Source: an uncultured Nitrospiraceae bacterium
GTDB lineage: Bacteria; Nitrospirota; UBA9217
Length of the DNA: 22,515 nucleotides
Direction of reading: 5' to 3'
Assembly (NCBI GenBank): GCA_964617655.1
Contig: CAZTXN010000001.1
Coordinates: 20,124-42,638, forward strand
Shown here: positions 17,756 through 22,515 of the stretch, one piece after another
Layout: each line of letters starts with the position of its first letter
Position numbering within the stretch: the stretch's first letter is position 1
Made by a program: the position numbers and the translations under genes
Notes under the pieces: model-generated
What the model saw: only the letters and a program-made list of their open reading frames with translations
Databases searched by the model: none
Told to the model about the DNA's origin: nothing

Positions 17756-18637
17756 TTACGCGGTCAGCAGGGCCAGCACTTCCTGGTACTTCTCGCTGGT
17801 CTTCCGGACGACCGCATCGGGAAGCGAAGGCGCCGGCGGCTTCTGGTCCCACTTGATCGACAGAAGGTAGTCGCGGACGAACTGCTTGTCAAAGCTCTTC
17901 TGGGCGACGCCGACGGCATACTCCTTCTGCGGCCAGAAGCGGGAGGAATCGGGCGTCAGCACCTCATCGATCAGGATCACCTCGCCGTCCAGGACCCCGA
18001 ACTCGAGCTTCGTGTCCGCGATGATGATGCCCTTCGGCTCCGCAAGCTCGCAGGCACGGCGGTAGACGGCCAGCGTCAGGTCCCGCACCTTCTCGGCGGT
18101 CTCCCGGCCTACCAGCTTCACCACCGACGCGAAATCGATATTCTCGTCGTGCGCGCCGATCTCCGCCTTGGTGGACGGCGTGAAGAGCGGCTCCGGAAGC
18201 CGGGACGCCTCGGTCAGACCGGCAGGCAGCCTGATCCCGCAGACCGCGCCCGTGGCGCGGTACTCCTTGAGGCCCGACCCGGTGAGATATCCCCGCACGA
18301 TGCACTCCACCGGCAGCGGCCTGGTCTTGCGCACGAGCATGCTCCGCCCCGCGAGCACCCCTGCATGCTTCCTGCAGGATTCCGGAAAGTCCTGCACCTC
18401 CGTCGAGAGCAGGTGGTTCCGTACGATGTCCCTCGTCCGGGAGAACCAGTATTTCGAGACCTCGGTCAGCACCCGCCCTTTCTCGGGGATGCCGTTGGGC
18501 AGCACCACATCGAAGGCCGATATCCTGTCCGTCGCCACGATCAGCAGCTGCTCGCCCAGGTCGTAGATATCCCGGACCTTGCCGCGCTTGGGCGGCTGCA
18601 GTCCGCCCAGGTTCGTTTCAAGCACGATCCGCGTCAT
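17756..18637 (-). CDS. purC: phosphoribosylaminoimidazole-succinocarboxamide synthase (SAICAR synthetase)
   Basis: Start at the ATG at 18637, with a GGAGG Shine-Dalgarno upstream: [65 protein letters not shown]... This is a long-form PurC. The track's 10-codon N-terminal extension (start 18667) is not supported. Confidence 0.9.
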   Translation of the reverse strand: MTRIVLETNLGGLQPPKRGKVRDIYDLGEQLLIVATDRISAFDVVLPNGIPEKGRVLTEVSKYWFSRTRDIVRNHLLSTEVQDFPESCRKHAGVLAGRSMLVRKTRPLPVECIVRGYLTGSGLKEYRATGAVCGIRLPAGLTEASRLPEPLFTPSTKAEIGAHDENIDFASVVKLVGRETAEKVRDLTLAVYRRACELAEPKGIIIADTKLEFGVLDGEVILIDEVLTPDSSRFWPQKEYAVGVAQKSFDKQFVRDYLLSIKWDQKPPAPSLPDAVVRKTSEKYQEVLALLTA

Positions 18638-19952
18638 CTTCCTTCCCCTCCTCGGGCGGTTCCTCAACGTACTTCAGGATGCGGATGCGCACGATCCGGT
18701 TCCTCCGGAGGCGCAATACCGTGAACAGCAGGTTTCCGGAGCGGACCTGGTCGCCCTCCGACGGCAGTCTGCCGAAGAGCCCGAGCACGTAGCCACCGAT
18801 GGTCTCGAACTCGTCCTCCGGCACCCGGATGCCGAGCTTCTCGTTCAGCCGGCCGATGTCCGTCTTGCCGTCGACGATGTACCGGTTCGCTGCGACCTCT
18901 TCGATCTCGCGAAGGTCCTTTTCCTTCTCGTCGCGGATATCCCCGACGATCTCCTCGATCAGGTCCTCCATGGTCACCAGGCCGTCCGTGCCGCCGTACT
19001 CGTCGCCCACGAGGGCCAGGTGGATGCGCCGCTCCCGCATCTCCTTCAGCAGGATGCTCACGTTCTTGTTCGGCGGGACCACGTAGGGCCTGCGCAGCAC
19101 GTCGTCGAGACGGAAGGGCTCCCCGGTCACCTGCAGGGCGAGGAGGTCCTTCAGGTAGACGATCCCGATGATATTGTCGATCGAGCCGGTATAGACCGGC
19201 AGTCGGGAGAATCCCCGCTCGTTCATGGTGGTCAGGACCGTCCGGAGATCACTGCCCGATTCCACCGCCACGATGTCCGTCCGCGGGACCATGACCTCGC
19301 GGACGACCGTGTCCGCGAACCTGAAGACGCTGTGGATCAGGTCCTCCTCGGACGGCTCGAAGATACCGGTCTTGCGGCCCTCCCGGATGAGGTATTTCAC
19401 CTCGTCCTCGGAGACCAGCACCGGGTCCTGGCCCCCGCCGATCCGGAAGAGCCGCAGGACCGCGTTGTTCGATGCGTCCAGGAGCCTGAGGACGAACCGG
19501 AAGAGACGCGACAGCGTATCGATCGGCGCCGCCGAGAAGAAGGCGATCTGCTCGGAATAGCGGATGGCAAGGGACTTCGGCACCAGTTCGCCGGCAACGA
19601 GCGTGACATAGGTGATCGCGCTCACGACCAGCACCACCGCAAGCGGCTCCGCAGCGGAGCTGACGATCTCGCTCGGGACCGCATGGAGGAGCGGCTTGAT
19701 ATGTTCGATGGCGATGACGCCGCCGATCGCCGAGGCAAGCGAGCCCACGAGCGTCACGCCGATCTGGACCGTCGCGAGAAAGCGCTCCGGCTCCTCCTGG
19801 AGCCGCTGTACGCGCCTGGCGGTCCGGTTGCCGGTCTTCACCAGGTGCCGGACGCGGCTCCTGCGGAGCGAGATCAGGGCGATCTCGGTGGCGGAGAAGT
19901 ACCCGTTCACCAGGACCAGGATGAGGATGAGAAGGATCAGGAGTAGGACCAT
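18618..19952 (-). CDS. CNNM/DUF21-CBS-CorC_HlyC family membrane protein (CorC/TlyC-type putative Mg2+/Co2+ efflux or hemolysin-like protein)
   Basis: Start at the ATG at 19952: [51 protein letters not shown]... This is the DUF21 TM domain, followed by tandem CBS domains and a C-terminal CorC_HlyC domain. The 3' end overlaps the purC start by about 20 nt. Confidence 0.8.
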   Translation of the reverse strand: MVLLLILLILILVLVNGYFSATEIALISLRRSRVRHLVKTGNRTARRVQRLQEEPERFLATVQIGVTLVGSLASAIGGVIAIEHIKPLLHAVPSEIVSSAAEPLAVVLVVSAITYVTLVAGELVPKSLAIRYSEQIAFFSAAPIDTLSRLFRFVLRLLDASNNAVLRLFRIGGGQDPVLVSEDEVKYLIREGRKTGIFEPSEEDLIHSVFRFADTVVREVMVPRTDIVAVESGSDLRTVLTTMNERGFSRLPVYTGSIDNIIGIVYLKDLLALQVTGEPFRLDDVLRRPYVVPPNKNVSILLKEMRERRIHLALVGDEYGGTDGLVTMEDLIEEIVGDIRDEKEKDLREIEEVAANRYIVDGKTDIGRLNEKLGIRVPEDEFETIGGYVLGLFGRLPSEGDQVRSGNLLFTVLRLRRNRIVRIRILKYVEEPPEEGKEDDADRA

Positions 19953-20090
19953 AGTGGATACGCGTTCATAGGGCCGGCGCACCTGCCCGGGGATCCGGCA
20001 TGCCTGCGAAGAACGGGACGGCTTCGGTCGCCTCTGCGCCGGCAGCGCTGCGGTGCCTGAGCACGTGTTCGCCGGGTCCCGCGCAGGCCC

Positions 20091-21560
20091 TCAGAGGCCG
20101 TATTCCTTCCACCGTTGCTCGACGAGGCGGACGACCTCCGGGTCCATCGCGATCTCCTCCGGCCAGGGACGCTGGAACCCCTCGTCCGGGCCCTTTCGCG
20201 TTGCGTCGATCCCCATCTTGCCGCCATGGCCGATCCGCGGGCAGGAATGGTCCAGGATGTCCAGCGGTCCGTCCGTGATGACCACGTCGCGCTGGGGGTC
20301 CACATGGTTCATGACCTTCCAGGTGACCTCGGAATAATCATGGATGTTGACGTCCTCATCGCAGACGATCACGAACTTCGAGAGCATCAGCATGCCCGTG
20401 CCCCAGATGGTATGGATCACCTTCTTCCCGTGGCCCGGGTATCGCTTCCGCACCTTCACGATCACGTTGTTATGGAACACCCCCTCGATGGGCATGTCCA
20501 TGTCCAGGATGTCGGGCGAGACCATCTGGAGCAGCGGCAAAAAGATGCGTTCCGTCGCTTTGCCGAGCCAGGCATCCTCCTGCGGAGGCCGACCTACCAG
20601 CGTTGCGGGATAGAGGGCATCCCTGCGATGGGTGATCGCGGTTATACGGAAGACCGGATACTCGTCCGCTTCCGAATAATACCCCGTGTGGTCGCCGAAA
20701 GGGCCCTCGATCCTGCGCTCGCCGGGCTCCACGTACCCCTCGAGCACGAACTCCGCCTCGGCGGGAACGCGGATATCCACGGTCCTGCACTGCACGACCT
20801 CCAGCGGCCGTTTGCGCAGGAACCCGGCGAATACGTACTCTCCGATCGCCGGCGGCAGCGGCGCGGTCGAGGCATAGATGATCGACGGGTCCCCGCCGAT
20901 GGCCACGGCCACTTCCATGCGCTTTCCCGCACCTTCGTAATGACGATAGTGGCGCGCGCCGTCCTTGTGTTTGTGCCAGTGCATGCCCGTCGAGCGGCCG
21001 TCATACACCTGCATGCGGTACATGCCGACGTTCGTGATCCCGGTCACCGGGTCCACGGTGCAGACCATCGGCAGCGTGATGAACCTGCCGCCGTCCTTGG
21101 GCCAGCACTGCAGGATCGGCAGTGCGTTCAGGTCCGCCTGTGCGCCGGTCAGCACCACCTCCTGGCAGGGCGCCTTCTTGACCGTTTTAGGGAAGAAATT
21201 GGCCAGCTCCGCAAGCTTCGGGAGCATCTGGAGCTTGTCCAGGAGGTTCGCTCCCGGGCCGGGAAAGAGGTTGACCGGATCTACGATCTCCCGGATGCGC
21301 TGACCGGTCTCATCCAGGCTCTGCACCTCGAGCGCCAGGCACATGCGGCGCAGCGAGCCGAAGGCATTGGTCACGACGGGGAACTTCGAGCCGCGCACGC
21401 GCTCGAACAGAAGGGCCTTGTTCGCAGAACCTTTTTCCTTCGAGACGCGGTCGGTGATCTCGGCGATCTCGAGCGCGGGATCGACCTCAGCCTTGATCCT
21501 GACGAGCTCGCCTTGTTCCTCCAGGACCGCAAGGAAGTCCCTGATCGATTCATACGCCAT
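20091..21560 (-). CDS. ubiD: UbiD-family (prenyl-FMN-dependent) aromatic acid decarboxylase
   Basis: 489 aa: MAYESIRDFLAVLEEQGELVRIKAEVDPALEIAEITDRVSKEKG...GGRFITLPMVCTVDPVTGITNVGMYRMQVYDGRSTGMHWHKHKDGARHY...EGPFGDHTGYY... The characteristic UbiD motifs are present. Which pathway it serves (ubiquinone, menaquinone or another) cannot be told from the sequence. Confidence 0.88.
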   Translation of the reverse strand: MAYESIRDFLAVLEEQGELVRIKAEVDPALEIAEITDRVSKEKGSANKALLFERVRGSKFPVVTNAFGSLRRMCLALEVQSLDETGQRIREIVDPVNLFPGPGANLLDKLQMLPKLAELANFFPKTVKKAPCQEVVLTGAQADLNALPILQCWPKDGGRFITLPMVCTVDPVTGITNVGMYRMQVYDGRSTGMHWHKHKDGARHYRHYEGAGKRMEVAVAIGGDPSIIYASTAPLPPAIGEYVFAGFLRKRPLEVVQCRTVDIRVPAEAEFVLEGYVEPGERRIEGPFGDHTGYYSEADEYPVFRITAITHRRDALYPATLVGRPPQEDAWLGKATERIFLPLLQMVSPDILDMDMPIEGVFHNNVIVKVRKRYPGHGKKVIHTIWGTGMLMLSKFVIVCDEDVNIHDYSEVTWKVMNHVDPQRDVVITDGPLDILDHSCPRIGHGGKMGIDATRKGPDEGFQRPWPEEIAMDPEVVRLVEQRWKEYGL

Positions 21561-21568
21561 AGGGTGAA

Positions 21569-21597
21569 ATATTATCGGAAACCAGGCAGCATTTCAA
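21569..21597 (-). promoter_or_regulatory. sigma-70-like promoter for ubiD (-35 TTGAAA, 17-nt spacer, -10 TAATAT), predicted leaderless or near-leaderless transcript
   Basis: Minus strand reads TTGAAAtgctgcctggtttccgaTAATATttcaccctATG. The -10 ends only 8 nt before the start codon and there is no Shine-Dalgarno. Confidence 0.4.
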
Positions 21598-21651
21598 TGG
21601 AAAAGTCCTCCGGGCCGGGGGCGTCCGGACCCATGCACGGACAGGTCAATG

Positions 21652-22515
21652 TCATCGGTCATCGGTTCTTTGCTCGTACTTCTGGAGCCTATGACGGAAG
21701 GATCGGAAGGAGAGACCAAGCAGCTTTGCCGCCTCGGTCTTCACGCCGCCGGTCCTCTCGAGCGCGAGGAACAGCATCGCCTTTTCGGCCCGCTGCAGGA
21801 CGCATTCGAGGTCGATGCCCTCCGCAGGGATGTCCCCGGGCACCAGTTCCATGCAGGGTTCCAGGCTCTGGATGGTCTCGGGAACATGCTCGGAAAGGAT
21901 GGTGCCGCCCGGCGTGAGGATCGCGAGACGCTCCATCATGTTCTCCAGCTCCCGGACGTTCCCGGGCCACCGGTACTCCAAGAGCCGCTGCATGGCATCA
22001 GGAGATACCGTCTTCGGCTCCCTTCCCGCGGCGTTCTTTCGCAGGAAGAATGCGATCAGCAGGGGGATATCCTCCTTGCGCTCTCTGAGCGGCGGCAGAT
22101 GGATGGGAATGACGTTCAGCCGGTAGTACAGGTCCTCGCGGAACACGCCGGCGGCCACGAGCTGCGGAAGGTCCCGGTTGCTTGCCGCGATGACCCGGAC
22201 ATCAACTTTAATGTCCGTGGTGCCGCCGACCCGCCTGATCTCCCGTTCCTGCAGCACACGAAGCAATCGCGTCTGAAGACCCGGCGTGGTGGCGCTGATC
22301 TCATCGAGGAAGAGCGTGCCTCCCTGGGCGGCCTCGAACAGACCCTGCTTATTGGCGACCGCGCCGGTGAACGCTCCTTTCAGATAGCCGAAGAGCTCGC
22401 TCTCGAGCAGCGTCTCCGGGAGGGCGCCGCAGTTCACCGACACAAAGGGGCTCTGCTTGCGGGCGCAGCAGGCATGGACCGCCCGGGCCACCAGCTCCTT
22501 GCCGGTACCGCTCTC
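21652..22515 (-). CDS. sigma-54-dependent transcriptional activator (NtrC/Fis family AAA+ enhancer-binding protein); N-terminal part lies beyond the window end (partial)
   Basis: The frame is open to the window end: ...[75 protein letters not shown]... This gives Walker A GESGTGKE, the GAFTGA sigma-54 contact motif and Walker B/arginine fingers. A C-terminal Fis-type HTH ([19 protein letters not shown]) follows. Confidence 0.85.
   Translation of the reverse strand, partial: ESGTGKELVARAVHACCARKQSPFVSVNCGALPETLLESELFGYLKGAFTGAVANKQGLFEAAQGGTLFLDEISATTPGLQTRLLRVLQEREIRRVGGTTDIKVDVRVIAASNRDLPQLVAAGVFREDLYYRLNVIPIHLPPLRERKEDIPLLIAFFLRKNAAGREPKTVSPDAMQRLLEYRWPGNVRELENMMERLAILTPGGTILSEHVPETIQSLEPCMELVPGDIPAEGIDLECVLQRAEKAMLFLALERTGGVKTEAAKLLGLSFRSFRHRLQKYEQRTDDR

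Noticed and set aside
16363-17856. 497-aa plus-strand ORF antisense to lysS
   Set aside because: Same antisense artefact. The LysS call on the minus strand is unambiguous.
18579-19946. 455-aa plus-strand ORF antisense to the CorC/HlyC gene
   Set aside because: Antisense artefact. The translation is Asp/Leu/Arg-rich with no motifs.
20115-21917. 600-aa plus-strand ORF antisense to ubiD and the sigma-54 activator
   Set aside because: It spans two minus-strand genes and their intergenic promoter, so it cannot be a real gene. Antisense artefact.

Overview
A 22.5-kb high-GC (roughly 65% by eye) segment of a Gram-negative bacterial chromosome (it carries a Lol lipoprotein-sorting system). Almost every gene is on the minus strand. 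It is dominated by the conserved cluster rimP-nusA-(ylxR/L7Ae fusion)-infB-DUF503-rbfA-nrnA-truB, followed by rpsO-pnp. The rest is further housekeeping: lolD and a LolC/E permease, lysS, purC, a CorC/HlyC CBS transporter, a UbiD-family decarboxylase, a partial sigma-54 activator, an SPFH/band-7 protein, an FAD oxidoreductase and a secreted hypothetical protein truncated at the window start. The long plus-strand ORFs are GC-driven antisense artefacts. I found no tRNA or rRNA genes, no CRISPR array and no mobile-element or defence-system signatures, so this is a core region. The points worth a second look are modest. (1) lolD has no canonical start codon for its conserved N-terminus; an ATA codon overlaps the stop of an unannotated 78-aa membrane-protein ORF wedged between the permease gene and lolD. 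(2) A strong intrinsic terminator lies 8 nt upstream of rimP with a candidate promoter upstream of it, which looks like an attenuator. (3) A C-terminal PrmA remnant sits beside the SPFH gene. (4) YlxR and L7Ae are fused in one ORF. (5) The ubiD promoter appears to be leaderless. All calls come from reading the ORF translations and the sequence by eye. No database searches were run.
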